Shown piece after piece: positions 10,784 to 20,489 of a stretch of DNA of 64,000 nt. Under the pieces are notes generated by a model. It searched no databases. It worked only from the letters and a program-made list of their open reading frames with translations, and was not told the origin of the DNA. The DNA comes from Nitrospirota bacterium (GTDB lineage Bacteria; Nitrospirota; UBA9217). Location: the NCBI GenBank assembly GCA_963840455.1, contig CAWIYV010000007.1, forward strand, positions 224,001 through 288,000, written 5' to 3'. Every line of letters starts with the position of its first letter. Position 1 is the stretch's first letter. The position numbers and the translations under genes are program-made.

Positions 10784-11302
10784 ATGATCCGCATCCTTAA
10801 ACAGATATTCCGCACTGGCATCGTCTCCGAGCCGGTCCCACCGGTCACGGACCCCGAGATCGAGAAGATCGGCGTCCGGCTCGAGGAGGTCATCCGGCGG
10901 CGGTTCCGGCGGAGCCTCACGATTCGGCAGGTGGACGCCGGCTCGTGCAACGGCTGCGAGCTCGAGGTCCACGCGCTGAACAACGTTTTCTACAACTGCG
11001 AGAGGTTCGGCATCCACTTCACAGCGTCCCCGCGCTTCGCGGACCTGCTGCTGGTGACCGGCCCCGTCTCCCATAACATGGAGATCGCGCTGAGGCGGAC
11101 CTATAACGCCACGCCGATGCCGAAGATCGTGGTCGCGGTAGGGGACTGCGGCTGCAACGGCGGCGTCTTCGGCGAGAGCTATGCATCGCTGGGTGGTATT
11201 CATAAGGTGATCCCCGTTGATGCCGTCATTCCGGGATGCCCTCCTACGCCTGTTGCCCTGCTCCAGGGAATACTCAAAGCCGTCGGGAATACGGCCCGAT
11301 AG
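10784..11302 (+). CDS. HyfI/HycG (NuoB-like) small Fe-S subunit
   Basis: DAGSCNGCELE, SPRFADLLLVTG, AVGDC and IPGCPP motifs. Confidence 0.9.
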   Translation: MIRILKQIFRTGIVSEPVPPVTDPEIEKIGVRLEEVIRRRFRRSLTIRQVDAGSCNGCELEVHALNNVFYNCERFGIHFTASPRFADLLLVTGPVSHNMEIALRRTYNATPMPKIVVAVGDCGCNGGVFGESYASLGGIHKVIPVDAVIPGCPPTPVALLQGILKAVGNTAR

Positions 11303-11451
11303 AGGGTCTCAGCCGCCGGCACATTCCTGATCGCCGATATGAGGCGTCCAGCCTGCTCTATTGTTTTGCCTCCCTGCTGTATCTCGGATATAATATCTGA
11401 CACGGGCAGATGGCATGAACATCGCCAGGCACTGCCAGGAGGTAGGCTTAC

Positions 11452-12900
11452 ATGGTCCGTCATTCTGGATCTCCCATCATTACAGCGGTCGTTCTTATCG
11501 CACTGCTGTTCTTGTCAATACCACCATCATATTCCGATACACCTTCCTCAACGATCGTCCGCGACCTGTTGGAGCGGGAATGCATCAACCTCAACAAAGA
11601 CAAGCTTTCTGCGCTCCTCTCGGCGCAGTTCGGGCCAGAACTGGAAAAAGGTCCCCCTCCAGATCTGTTCAAGATCATGGAAGGGATCATTAAACGGACG
11701 GACTTCGACGGTATTACGGAAGATAAGACAGCGGAGATCATCGGCCTGGTGTACGGAGCATTCAGGAAGGGTGCTCCTCTCGAGTTCCTTGATGATATCT
11801 TCGACGTGGCCTACGTGAACACCATCACCGTGGACCAACTCTATGCCGCGGCCAATGCCCTGAAGGAATTCCACAGCTCTGATGTGCCCCAGGACATCTA
11901 TGAAGAGTTCGTCTACCATTCCATCGAGGATGGATGGGACCCTGCCGCGGTCCCGGTCTTCACCCGGGGCCTGATCTACGGTGTAGCCCGAGGCCTCTCG
12001 CCCGAGAAGACCGCGCTCATTCTTATGCTCGACATCAGAAGCGACGAGGCAAAGAAGCAAGCACCGGAGCAGGTCGTCCTGGATTCCCTCAAGCTCGTGC
12101 GGGAGAAAGAGCCGCAGAACTGGAGGCCCTTGAACGAAGTGGAAAAGGAAATGGCGATCAATAAGGACAAACAGCGCGTGCTCGAGCAGAGAAAGCGGGA
12201 GATGGATGATACGCTCCAGCAGAAGGAACGCGTTTTTGCGCAGGCCCAGAACGAGCTCAGGGAACTGCGCGAATATCCGGCTGCGAAGGGACCCGACGTG
12301 GACGTTGAAAAGCTGAACCGGGACCTGGAACGGTTGCTCAAGAACCTTCAGGGTGAGATCACAAAGTACCAGGGCCAGCGCGGGGACATCGTCGCCGAGC
12401 TGGAGGCAACGAAAAAGTCCGTGGACCGGCAGCAGGCGGCCGCGGACCGGGAGCGGAGGGCGAAACGGGAGCGCGAACTGACACGGAAACAGGAGCGTAT
12501 TTCGACCGCAGGCAAGAGCGGGCGGCTGAACAAGGACAAGCTCTATTCAGCCGTGGACAGCTACCTCGGTACCCCGTACCGGTTCGGCGGCGACTCGGAA
12601 CGGGGTATCGACTGCTCGGCCTTTACGCGTCGTGTTTATCGCGGCCAGGGCGTGGAACTTCCCCGGAACAGCCGTGATCAGGCGCGGGTTGGAATGAGCA
12701 TCGCGTACTCGTCGGTCAGGACCGGGGACCTCATCTTCTTTGATACCTCCATCAACGGCGGTATCTCCCATGTGGGTGTTTATCTCGGGAACAACACTTT
12801 TGCCCATGCCAGCAGCAGCAGGGGTGTGACCAAAAGCTCATTGAGGGAAAAATATTACGTAAAACGGTTCGTAAAAGGCGGCAGGGTGTTCGTAGACTGA
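11452..12900 (+). CDS. Secreted NlpC/P60 (C40) peptidoglycan endopeptidase with N-terminal helical domain and coiled coil
   Basis: Signal peptide; E/K/R/Q-rich coiled coil; C-terminal GTPYRFGG..GIDCSAF, GDLIFF, SHVGVYLG, FAHAS. Confidence 0.85.
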   Translation: MVRHSGSPIITAVVLIALLFLSIPPSYSDTPSSTIVRDLLERECINLNKDKLSALLSAQFGPELEKGPPPDLFKIMEGIIKRTDFDGITEDKTAEIIGLVYGAFRKGAPLEFLDDIFDVAYVNTITVDQLYAAANALKEFHSSDVPQDIYEEFVYHSIEDGWDPAAVPVFTRGLIYGVARGLSPEKTALILMLDIRSDEAKKQAPEQVVLDSLKLVREKEPQNWRPLNEVEKEMAINKDKQRVLEQRKREMDDTLQQKERVFAQAQNELRELREYPAAKGPDVDVEKLNRDLERLLKNLQGEITKYQGQRGDIVAELEATKKSVDRQQAAADRERRAKRERELTRKQERISTAGKSGRLNKDKLYSAVDSYLGTPYRFGGDSERGIDCSAFTRRVYRGQGVELPRNSRDQARVGMSIAYSSVRTGDLIFFDTSINGGISHVGVYLGNNTFAHASSSRGVTKSSLREKYYVKRFVKGGRVFVD

Positions 12901-12925
12901 TCTCGAAACAATGAGCGAGGTGACT

Positions 12926-13447
12926 ATGAAGGGGATAGCATACATCAGATTAACGGTCCTTCTGGCAGTGATGCTGGTTGCTCTCAACGGCTGCAAGGTC
13001 GCCCAGGAAGGGAAGGTCCCCCGGAACACCCTGGCGACCGCCGAGGAGACGGTGAAGGCCTATTGCGACCTTGATGGAAAGGGCACGCGGCTTACGAGTG
13101 AAACATGGTCAAAGGTCCTACCCTATATTGCCTGGACAGAAGAAGCAGGCTGGGACCGGACGATTGTGATTGCCGATTACCGGATCGCCAAGACCCAAAA
13201 GCAGTCGGAGTCCGCGGCCACGGTCTCGGTGGAATACCAGGTCATGGGCGTTCTGTCCGGCGATTACACACCATCGCGCAGGACCGAGACGATCAAGTTC
13301 CAGGTCAAGAAGACCAGGGACGGCTGGAAGATCACGGACCCGGACTTCATGCCGCCCCATGTGCTGTTGAAGCCAATGGTCACCCATCTCGAAGGAACGA
13401 AGAACCTGGAACTCGCGGGGAAGCTCCAGGCAGCACCGAAGGAATAG
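12926..13447 (+). CDS. Hypothetical lipoprotein, possibly NTF2-like fold
   Basis: GAGGTG RBS; lipobox LNGC; ATVSVEY...DGWKITD pattern. Confidence 0.6.
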   Translation: MKGIAYIRLTVLLAVMLVALNGCKVAQEGKVPRNTLATAEETVKAYCDLDGKGTRLTSETWSKVLPYIAWTEEAGWDRTIVIADYRIAKTQKQSESAATVSVEYQVMGVLSGDYTPSRRTETIKFQVKKTRDGWKITDPDFMPPHVLLKPMVTHLEGTKNLELAGKLQAAPKE

Positions 13448-13448
13448 C

Positions 13449-13913
13449 ATGCGAGTCATTTTGAGAACACTGTATGCCAGTATCGGTGCCGTCCTGATCG
13501 TGGCGTCTCCCTGTCTTGCCGTTCCTGCCGATGATATCCTCGGCGTATGGTACAATAGCGAAAAGGACGCCCGGATCGAGATAGCAAAGTGCGGGGAGAA
13601 GTACTGCGGAACGGTCGTCTGGCTGAAGGAGCCGAACTATCCCGAGGGATCGATGGACGGCATTCCGGGATCGCCTAAGACCGACCATCACAATCCTGAC
13701 CCGTCGCTCAGGAAGACGCCGATCATCGGACTCCGGATCGTCCGGGATTTCAGCTTTGCCGGTGAGAACCTCTGGAAGGATGGAAAGGTGTACGATCCGA
13801 AGAACGGGAAGACCTACAAGGGCAGGATGACGCTTGTCTCGCCCGCTCAGCTCGACCTCCGGGGCTATATCGGCATCTCGCTGATCGGCAGGACGACGAC
13901 CTGGACGCGGTGA
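13449..13913 (+). CDS. DUF2147 family secreted protein
   Basis: ILGVW, CGTVVW, GKVYDPKNGKTY and LRGYIGISLIGRTTTWTR motifs. Confidence 0.85.
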   Translation: MRVILRTLYASIGAVLIVASPCLAVPADDILGVWYNSEKDARIEIAKCGEKYCGTVVWLKEPNYPEGSMDGIPGSPKTDHHNPDPSLRKTPIIGLRIVRDFSFAGENLWKDGKVYDPKNGKTYKGRMTLVSPAQLDLRGYIGISLIGRTTTWTR

Positions 13914-13950
13914 GCCGGACGGGGACAGAGAAACGATCTGACGCGGGGAT

Positions 13951-14394
13951 ATGGCGACAAGAAGCCTCGGAGAAGCGTACGAGATCATGAAGGAAAGGGA
14001 ACAGGTCAGGCTGGACCAGGCCAGGGAGGCTCTTGAAGAGGCAAAAGCGCTTCTTGCCGAAGGAATGGACACCGGGTTCGTGCTGACGAACCTCTTCTAT
14101 GCGTTCTACTACCCCATTCTCGCGATCATGAACGAGGGACAGGTGCCCACCACCATGCAGAGCATCACCATCGGTCTCTTTGACCAGCAGTTCATCAAGG
14201 CCGGCATCTTCAGGCAGGAATACTCCGATGCGGTCCATCGGGTGTTCACCCTCAAGCCGAAATGCAGCGGCGAGAAGACGCCGGTGAGCGCAGACGAAGT
14301 GAACAAACTGCTCGCTCTCGCCCGGGATTTTATCGCTGATGCGCAAGAGCATTGCATCTATTTGACGGATCAATGGGACCGGAGGTCAATATGA
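13951..14394 (+). CDS. HEPN-domain protein (degenerate, no partner nucleotidyltransferase)
   Basis: AREALEEAKALL..NLFYAFYY and IGLFDQQFIKAG..ARDFI resemble UPF0332-type HEPN proteins. Confidence 0.6.
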   Translation: MATRSLGEAYEIMKEREQVRLDQAREALEEAKALLAEGMDTGFVLTNLFYAFYYPILAIMNEGQVPTTMQSITIGLFDQQFIKAGIFRQEYSDAVHRVFTLKPKCSGEKTPVSADEVNKLLALARDFIADAQEHCIYLTDQWDRRSI

Positions 14395-14894
14395 ATAGGC
14401 TCATGACGGCGTTGCTGATCGTTCTTGCATTTTGCACTGCGCCCTTCAGCGCTCTTGGGGCTCAAATTGACGGTGTTGATATCATCAATTACGGGATATA
14501 CGGCGCAGGCGATAAAGACGAGGTTCGCAGCGCTGAAAAAAATGCCGCGGAACAAGGAAATCAGGAGAAGGCCTGGAAGCTCCTTAACAAAGACGACCGG
14601 ATCCCGGCGAAGATGGCAACGAGCTTCGGGATCGAATATATCATCAAAGGAACTCCTGCAGGTGAGCCGGTCAAGATCACTCTTCGATATCTGCATCCGA
14701 TGATATCGAACCCGGAGACGGGCAAAAAATACACGTCACAAGAGGTCAGCATTGCCGCCCTGGTTGGCAAAAAGATCCATGAGGGATATACCTTTGATCA
14801 TGAGTGGGAGCTCGTCACCGGCGCATGGGTCATTCAGGTTTTTTACGATGGCAGGAAGCTTGCGGAGCAGTATTTTACTGTATACAAACCATGA
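14391..14894 (+). CDS. DUF3859-like secreted protein
   Basis: GGAGG RBS before ATG 14391; signal peptide; IPAKMATSFGIEY and YTFDHEWELVTGAWVIQVFYDGRKLAEQYFTV motifs. Confidence 0.7.
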   Translation: MNRLMTALLIVLAFCTAPFSALGAQIDGVDIINYGIYGAGDKDEVRSAEKNAAEQGNQEKAWKLLNKDDRIPAKMATSFGIEYIIKGTPAGEPVKITLRYLHPMISNPETGKKYTSQEVSIAALVGKKIHEGYTFDHEWELVTGAWVIQVFYDGRKLAEQYFTVYKP

Positions 14895-15103
14895 CCTGTC
14901 GGCATCACTGCGGCGCCGACGTAAAAGAGACCGGCCTATGGAGATCAAGCGATCTTGATCAGGCATCGCTGCGGTCATTGCAGGATTCGGAGACCCAATG
15001 GGTCGTTGTCCGTCAGTTTCCGTCAGGAATTGCCGCATTTCCTGCGTAGATTTTTTTCTCCCTCTCTGGTATAGTACATAAACGCGTTGTTCGTACCAAT
15101 CCT

Positions 15104-16093
15104 ATGAATACAGCATCATTACCCGTTAACCGGACCACCCGGAGGTACAACGCCTTCGGACAGTACATGAAGGACCTCTTCGGTCAGGCCGTATACAAAG
15201 TGAACGTGGATGCGGGATTCACCTGCCCGAACCGCGACGGCACGGTGTCTGTGGGCGGCTGTATCTACTGCAATAATGACAGCTTCCGGCCCAGCGCCTG
15301 CACCAGCACGGCTTCCGTACGCGACCAGATCGAAAAGGGGATACCCTACCTCAGGCGTCGGTATGGCGCCGAGAAGTTCATCGTCTACTTCCAGCCATTC
15401 ACGAACACCTATGCGCCGGTTGGAACGCTGGAGCGGCTGTACCGTGAGGCGCTTGAGCAGCCCGGCGTTGTCGGGCTTGCCATCGGGACCCGTCCTGACT
15501 GCGTGGACGAAGGGAAGATCGCCCTTCTCGAAGATCTGGCGTTGGACCGTTTTATCCTTGTGGAGTACGGGCTCCAGTCCATCCATGACCGGACCCTGAC
15601 GTTCATCAACCGGGGGCATGATTACGACTGCTTCAAGCGTGCCCTGGCCATGACCGCTGGAAGGGGCATCAAAGTCGGGGCGCATCTGATCCTCGGTTTT
15701 CCGACGGAGACGCGCGATGACATGCTTGCCATGGCGGACGAGCTCTCGAGGCTTCCTCTCGGTTTCCTGAAGCTTCACCAGCTTCAGGTCATCAGGGACA
15801 CGGCTCTTGCGGACCTGTATGCGGCCAAGCCGTTTGCCACGCTGGGCTATGAGGAATATATCGCGTTGGTTGCCGATTTCCTCGAGCTCCTCTCGCCGGA
15901 CATCGTGCTCCAGCGTCTGTTCGCCGCGGCGCCGGATGATATTCTCGTCGCGCCGGTCTGGAACAAGACCCGGAGCGAGTTCCTGAACGACCTTGACGCG
16001 TACCTGGAACGCAAAGAAATCCATCAAGGAAAGAAGCTTAAAACAAAGTATTTCCCCCAGAGGTCGCAGAAGAAGCCGGGTGATGATCTGTAG
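15104..16093 (+). CDS. TIGR01212 (YhcC-like) radical SAM protein
   Basis: GFTCPNRDG..GGCIYC, YFQPFTNTYA, IGTRPDC, EYGLQS and KLHQL motifs. Confidence 0.9.
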   Translation: MNTASLPVNRTTRRYNAFGQYMKDLFGQAVYKVNVDAGFTCPNRDGTVSVGGCIYCNNDSFRPSACTSTASVRDQIEKGIPYLRRRYGAEKFIVYFQPFTNTYAPVGTLERLYREALEQPGVVGLAIGTRPDCVDEGKIALLEDLALDRFILVEYGLQSIHDRTLTFINRGHDYDCFKRALAMTAGRGIKVGAHLILGFPTETRDDMLAMADELSRLPLGFLKLHQLQVIRDTALADLYAAKPFATLGYEEYIALVADFLELLSPDIVLQRLFAAAPDDILVAPVWNKTRSEFLNDLDAYLERKEIHQGKKLKTKYFPQRSQKKPGDDL

Positions 16094-16335
16094 ATCCCAA
16101 TCCGGACAAGCCGGAACCAGAGGCATCTCTCGCAGAGCACGCAAAGGACGCAAAGGTATAAGCCTCAGAAGCAGGTTTTCTTTGCGAGCTTAGCAACCTT
16201 GCAGAAGTTATCCCGTATTTGCATCGAATTCACTTCAACGATCGACAAGTGTTTGTCAATGGTATAGGCCTAACCGCATGCTATGCAGCTACAGACTACT
16301 GCGATCTCTGCGGTGAATACGGCCCAGGAGTTGTC

Positions 16336-16995
16336 ATGATAGACCTGCACACACATTCATTGTTCAGCGACGGCGTCCTTGTCCCGTCGGAGCTTGTCCG
16401 CAGGGCGGTGATGAAGGACTACGAGGCGATCGCTATCACGGACCATGCAGACGCATCGAACCTGGACTTCATCCTTCCCCGGGTCACGGCGGCCTGCAGG
16501 GAGCTCGGCAAGCGCTGGAAGATCAAGGCGTTGCCGGGCCTCGAGCTGACGCACATCCCGCCCGAGACTTTCGGCCCGCTTACCAAAAAGGCGCGCAAAC
16601 TGGGCGCGATGATCGTCGTGGCCCATGGAGAGACCCTGGTGGAGCCGGTGCATCCCGGCACCAATCGCGCGGCGATCGAGGCGAAGGTGGATATCCTGGC
16701 GCATCCCGGGCTGATCACCCGGGCAGAGGCGGAGCTTGCCGCGAAGAATGGTGTCTGTTTGGAGATCACGACCCGCAAAGGTCACAGCCTGTCCAACGGC
16801 CACGTGGCGAAGATGGCCGAGGCCACAGGAGCGAAGCTCGTGATCGATACGGATACCCACGAACCCGTCGACCTCGTGACCGACGAGTTCGCTCGGAGCG
16901 TCCTGCTCGGCGCCGGCATCAGCGGGAAGAGAGCGGACGAGGTCTTCCGCAATTCACGGGAGTTGGCGGACAAGGCAATCAAAAAATTCAGATAA
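16336..16995 (+). CDS. PHP-domain phosphoesterase (histidinol phosphatase/YcdX-like)
   Basis: MIDLHTHSLFSDG, AITDH, ILAHPG, DTDTH; AGGAG RBS before ATG 16336. Confidence 0.88.
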   Translation: MIDLHTHSLFSDGVLVPSELVRRAVMKDYEAIAITDHADASNLDFILPRVTAACRELGKRWKIKALPGLELTHIPPETFGPLTKKARKLGAMIVVAHGETLVEPVHPGTNRAAIEAKVDILAHPGLITRAEAELAAKNGVCLEITTRKGHSLSNGHVAKMAEATGAKLVIDTDTHEPVDLVTDEFARSVLLGAGISGKRADEVFRNSRELADKAIKKFR

Positions 16996-17034
16996 CGGCA
17001 TACCACATCACCGGCCGAGGAGGAACGTTCATCG

Positions 17035-17754
17035 ATGGCGAAGATCAAGAAGAAGATCACCAAGAACATGTTGTCACCGCAAGATGAGATCAAGAGCATA
17101 ACGCATACGGTCTCCGACTACTACCAGGCCTACCGGCAGCAGGCCAATGTTGTGCTCACGCTGGTCGCACTGGTCCTGATCGTAGTGACGGTATACTCGC
17201 TGGTACAAGCAGGGAACGAAAAGAAGTCAGGACAACTGTTTGCCGCAGCCTACGACGCATACGATCCCGGCGGCGGCGCCCCTCCCAACTATCCCCTCGC
17301 ACTCCAGCGGTTCCAGGATGTGGTAAAACAGTACGGCGGGACAACGAACAGCGCTATCGCTGAGATGTATATCGGCAATACGTATGCCAGCATGGGGCAG
17401 CCCGATACAGCGCTGAAGGAGTACGAAGCGTTCACGAAAAAGCATGCGGGGGAGACGTTCCTGCTCGGGATGGTGTATCAGCGGATGGGGTATGCCTATC
17501 TCGCGGTGGGAAAGAGTGATGAGGCCGTAAAGGCGTTCAGCAAGGCGGAGACGCTTGTGGGTACGGGTACCGCAACACTGGAACTTGCCCGGCTTTATGA
17601 TCGATCGGGAAACATCCAGGAAGCCCAAAAGAAGTATAAGGCGATCAGTGATGACCTTCCTTCCTCGGCCTGGGCCTCTGAGGCGAGAGCGAAGCTCCCG
17701 CCGCCGGACCTGAGCCAGCCGAAGCCTGCACAACCGGGTGCTGCGGCGAAATAG
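17035..17754 (+). CDS. YfgM-like membrane-anchored TPR protein
   Basis: One N-terminal TM followed by TPR repeats; GAGGAGG RBS. Confidence 0.75.
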   Translation: MAKIKKKITKNMLSPQDEIKSITHTVSDYYQAYRQQANVVLTLVALVLIVVTVYSLVQAGNEKKSGQLFAAAYDAYDPGGGAPPNYPLALQRFQDVVKQYGGTTNSAIAEMYIGNTYASMGQPDTALKEYEAFTKKHAGETFLLGMVYQRMGYAYLAVGKSDEAVKAFSKAETLVGTGTATLELARLYDRSGNIQEAQKKYKAISDDLPSSAWASEARAKLPPPDLSQPKPAQPGAAAK

Positions 17755-17818
17755 CTTCGTCCCGGGAAAAGCATTTTGACAGGTCAGAAGCGGATTGACA
17801 GCGCAATCCTTTGGCGGG

Positions 17819-17933
17819 TGAATCAAGGAGTCAGAGCATTCCTCACAGTTTGTTGCGGGGTAAGCAATCGTTCAGGACAACAAGAGTTCCTTGAGGCTCG
17901 AAGCTCGTTGTAGTCTGGCGCGGGGAGTTTCAA
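17819..17933 (-). repeat. Degenerate copy of the ~115-bp palindromic MITE-like element
   Basis: Minus strand reads ctcccc...gagcttcgagcctcaagg...ccccgcaacaaactgtgaggaatgc..ctccttgattca, aligning with the copies at 34103-34328. Confidence 0.65.
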
Positions 17934-18080
17934 CTGACCATCAAGAACAAATGCTCCGTTATCTGACCCGTATCCGATTTGATCCGTATCAAATGCCGTT
18001 TATCGGTTCATGCGTCAAACCAAATACAAAGAGGGCCAGGAGCTGTTCTCCTGACCCTCTTTGTCGTTCTTGACTCTCGC

Positions 18081-19421
18081 TTAGATGCGGTCGACGTCCA
18101 CGACGAGCTTGATCTTTTGGCCCGCGCGGACCGAGCGGATGCCGTCGTTCCACTGTCGGATGTCCGCCACGGTGACATCGTGCTTGCTGGCGATCCGGGT
18201 GAGGTTGTCGCCGCGGCGTACGCGGTAAAGGATCTGCTGCTTTTTTCCGGTCTGGTCCGGCGACAGGTAACTGACGTCCTGCTGTTTCGCATTGGCGTCC
18301 ACCGGGATGAGCAGGTGCTTGCCCGGAATGATCCGGTTCTTCTTCAGATTATTGATATCGCGAATAGCCTCGGGCGAGGTGTTGTATTGCGTTGCGATAC
18401 CCACAAGCGTTTCTCCCTTGGCAACCAGATGGCGTTCCCAGCGGATCTTCTGATCGGCAGGTATTGAAGCGAAGCTGGCGCTAAATTGGTCGCCGGTCCC
18501 CTTGGGGACACGGAGGATGTAGTTCGTCGCGTCCGGCGGCGTGACCCAGCGCTTCAGCTCCGGGTTCAGCTCCTTGATGACATCGTAGGTGGTGCCAGCG
18601 CAGCGGGCAGCCAAGCGGAGATCGATGCTTTCGCTGATGATCACTTCATCAAATACGAACAGGTCGTAGGGCTGGATGGCGAACCCGTAGGCCTCGGGAT
18701 TCTTGGCGATGATGGTCGCCGCCATGTACTTGGGGACGTAGTTCTTCGTCTCACGCCTGATGTACCTCGATGCCTTCAGGTCCCAGAAATCCTCGGAGCG
18801 TGTCCGGAGGACCGCGCGCTGGACCTTGCCTGCGCCGGCGTTGTACGATGCCATCGCGAGCGGCCATGATCCGAAGAGGTTGTGCAGGTCCTTCAGGTGC
18901 TCGGCAGCTGCCTGGGTCGACTTGATGGGATCTTTCCGTTCATCGACCCACCAGTCGATCTTCAGACCGTAGAGCTTGCCTGTCTCGGGCATGAACTGCC
19001 AGGGGCCGACCGCGCGCGCCCAGGAGATCGCATAGGGATTGAAGCCGCTCTCGATCATGGCAACGTAGACGAGGTCTTCAGGAAGGTTTTTCTCGCGGAA
19101 GATGTCCTTCATGACGGGGATATAGCGTGCTGACCGGTCGAGCCATTTCTGGAACACGTCGCGGCCCCGGGTCTTGAAGTATTCCATATGGTTCTCAACG
19201 CTATCGTTCAGGACCATCGGGATCTGGTAGGGTTTTTCCTCGAGATAGCCGTCGAGGTTCTCGTCGATTTGGGCAATGTCCTGCTGGGGTGGCTTCAGTT
19301 CATGGGGAATGACCTGCTCGGCAGCCTGGGCTGTTGTTTCCGCGAAGGCAGTGGAGTGCTGGATGGGGAGGACAATAGCTGCGCTCAGCAACAGAGAATG
19401 AACGGTGATCCGGTAACTCAT
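18081..19421 (-). CDS. mltD: Lytic murein transglycosylase D-like (SLT domain plus two LysM domains)
   Basis: AMIESGFNP, AVGPWQFMP, SYNAG, ETKNYVPK; two LysM repeats. Confidence 0.88.
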   Translation of the reverse strand: MSYRITVHSLLLSAAIVLPIQHSTAFAETTAQAAEQVIPHELKPPQQDIAQIDENLDGYLEEKPYQIPMVLNDSVENHMEYFKTRGRDVFQKWLDRSARYIPVMKDIFREKNLPEDLVYVAMIESGFNPYAISWARAVGPWQFMPETGKLYGLKIDWWVDERKDPIKSTQAAAEHLKDLHNLFGSWPLAMASYNAGAGKVQRAVLRTRSEDFWDLKASRYIRRETKNYVPKYMAATIIAKNPEAYGFAIQPYDLFVFDEVIISESIDLRLAARCAGTTYDVIKELNPELKRWVTPPDATNYILRVPKGTGDQFSASFASIPADQKIRWERHLVAKGETLVGIATQYNTSPEAIRDINNLKKNRIIPGKHLLIPVDANAKQQDVSYLSPDQTGKKQQILYRVRRGDNLTRIASKHDVTVADIRQWNDGIRSVRAGQKIKLVVDVDRI

Positions 19422-19658
19422 TAAGCCTCCTATGATTTCTTATATTAATAAATACCCGATTAGGTTGCTAAAGTCAAGATAAAAATACCATAATATTTAG
19501 GAAAGTCATTGTTTTTCTGTATGGCTTCCCGGTAATGGGACGCCTCGAGACTGGACAGGCTATTTCGTACAAAAGTTGTATGCGGAAGCGCATTGCGGGT
19601 CTCTCCGGTGTTGTCATCTGACCTTGAATTTGCCCGTGCTGTCCTGTATCATGGCGCC

Positions 19659-20414
19659 ATGACAGCAGGCATGATCGAGGAGGTCTTCGCATCGGTGCAG
19701 GGAGAAGGGCCGAGGGCGGGCCAGCGGCACATCTTCATCCGGTTCATCGGTTGCGACCTCCGCTGTTCATACTGCGACACACCGGAAGCGGTCAAGGAAT
19801 TTGCCGAAGGGGGGCAGCAGCGGCCCTGCCGGGCGCAGGTGTCAGCCACGTCGTTCGACCGGGAGTTGGTGCCGAATCCGATCGTACCCGCAGCGCTTAC
19901 CGGTCTCTGCTCGCGGCTTCTCCTTCCGGGTCCGTCGCGTCCTGTCGTTAGCCTCACCGGCGGCGAACCGCTCCTGCATGATGTGTTCCTTAAAGAATGG
20001 CTGCCCTCTGTACGTGCACGTTTCACCATCTATCTTGAGACCAGCGGCATCCATCATGAGAACATGCACAGCCTTGCCGGCCTGGTCGATGTCGTCAGTA
20101 TGGACATCAAACTTCCCTCCTCTACTGGTGAACGTCCGCGCTGGGAAGAACACTGGAAGTTCCTGTCAGCGGCCGCAGGCCCGGTGCTATTCGTGAAAGC
20201 CGTGGTCACGCGGACGACGTCGGACGATGATGTTGCCACCGCCGCCCGATTGCTCGCACAGCATGACCGGCGTCTAACATTCATCATCCAGCCTGCCGGC
20301 GGGACCTTCGCCCCTGACCCGAAGGACGTGCTGCGGTTCCAGCACCTTGCCCTTGCATTGCTCGAGGATGTACGAGTGTTGCCCCAGGTGCACAAAGTGC
20401 TGGGAATGCCTTAA
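19659..20414 (+). CDS. queE: 7-carboxy-7-deazaguanine synthase (radical SAM)
   Basis: EVFASVQGEG, FIRFIGCDLRCSYCDT, LTGGEPL, LETSG, MDIKLPS, PQVHK motifs. Confidence 0.9.
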   Translation: MTAGMIEEVFASVQGEGPRAGQRHIFIRFIGCDLRCSYCDTPEAVKEFAEGGQQRPCRAQVSATSFDRELVPNPIVPAALTGLCSRLLLPGPSRPVVSLTGGEPLLHDVFLKEWLPSVRARFTIYLETSGIHHENMHSLAGLVDVVSMDIKLPSSTGERPRWEEHWKFLSAAAGPVLFVKAVVTRTTSDDDVATAARLLAQHDRRLTFIIQPAGGTFAPDPKDVLRFQHLALALLEDVRVLPQVHKVLGMP

Positions 20415-20489
20415 GGAATAAGGTCAAGATTCAGGAGCCCAAGAGCAAGGACGGGTCACAGGACGGATCGGCAGAGACAAGGAAACCCT

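Noticed and set aside
17819-17960. Possible 6S RNA or other ncRNA between the TPR gene and mltD
   Set aside because: Better explained as a degenerate copy of the ~115-bp repeat; an Rfam scan would settle it.
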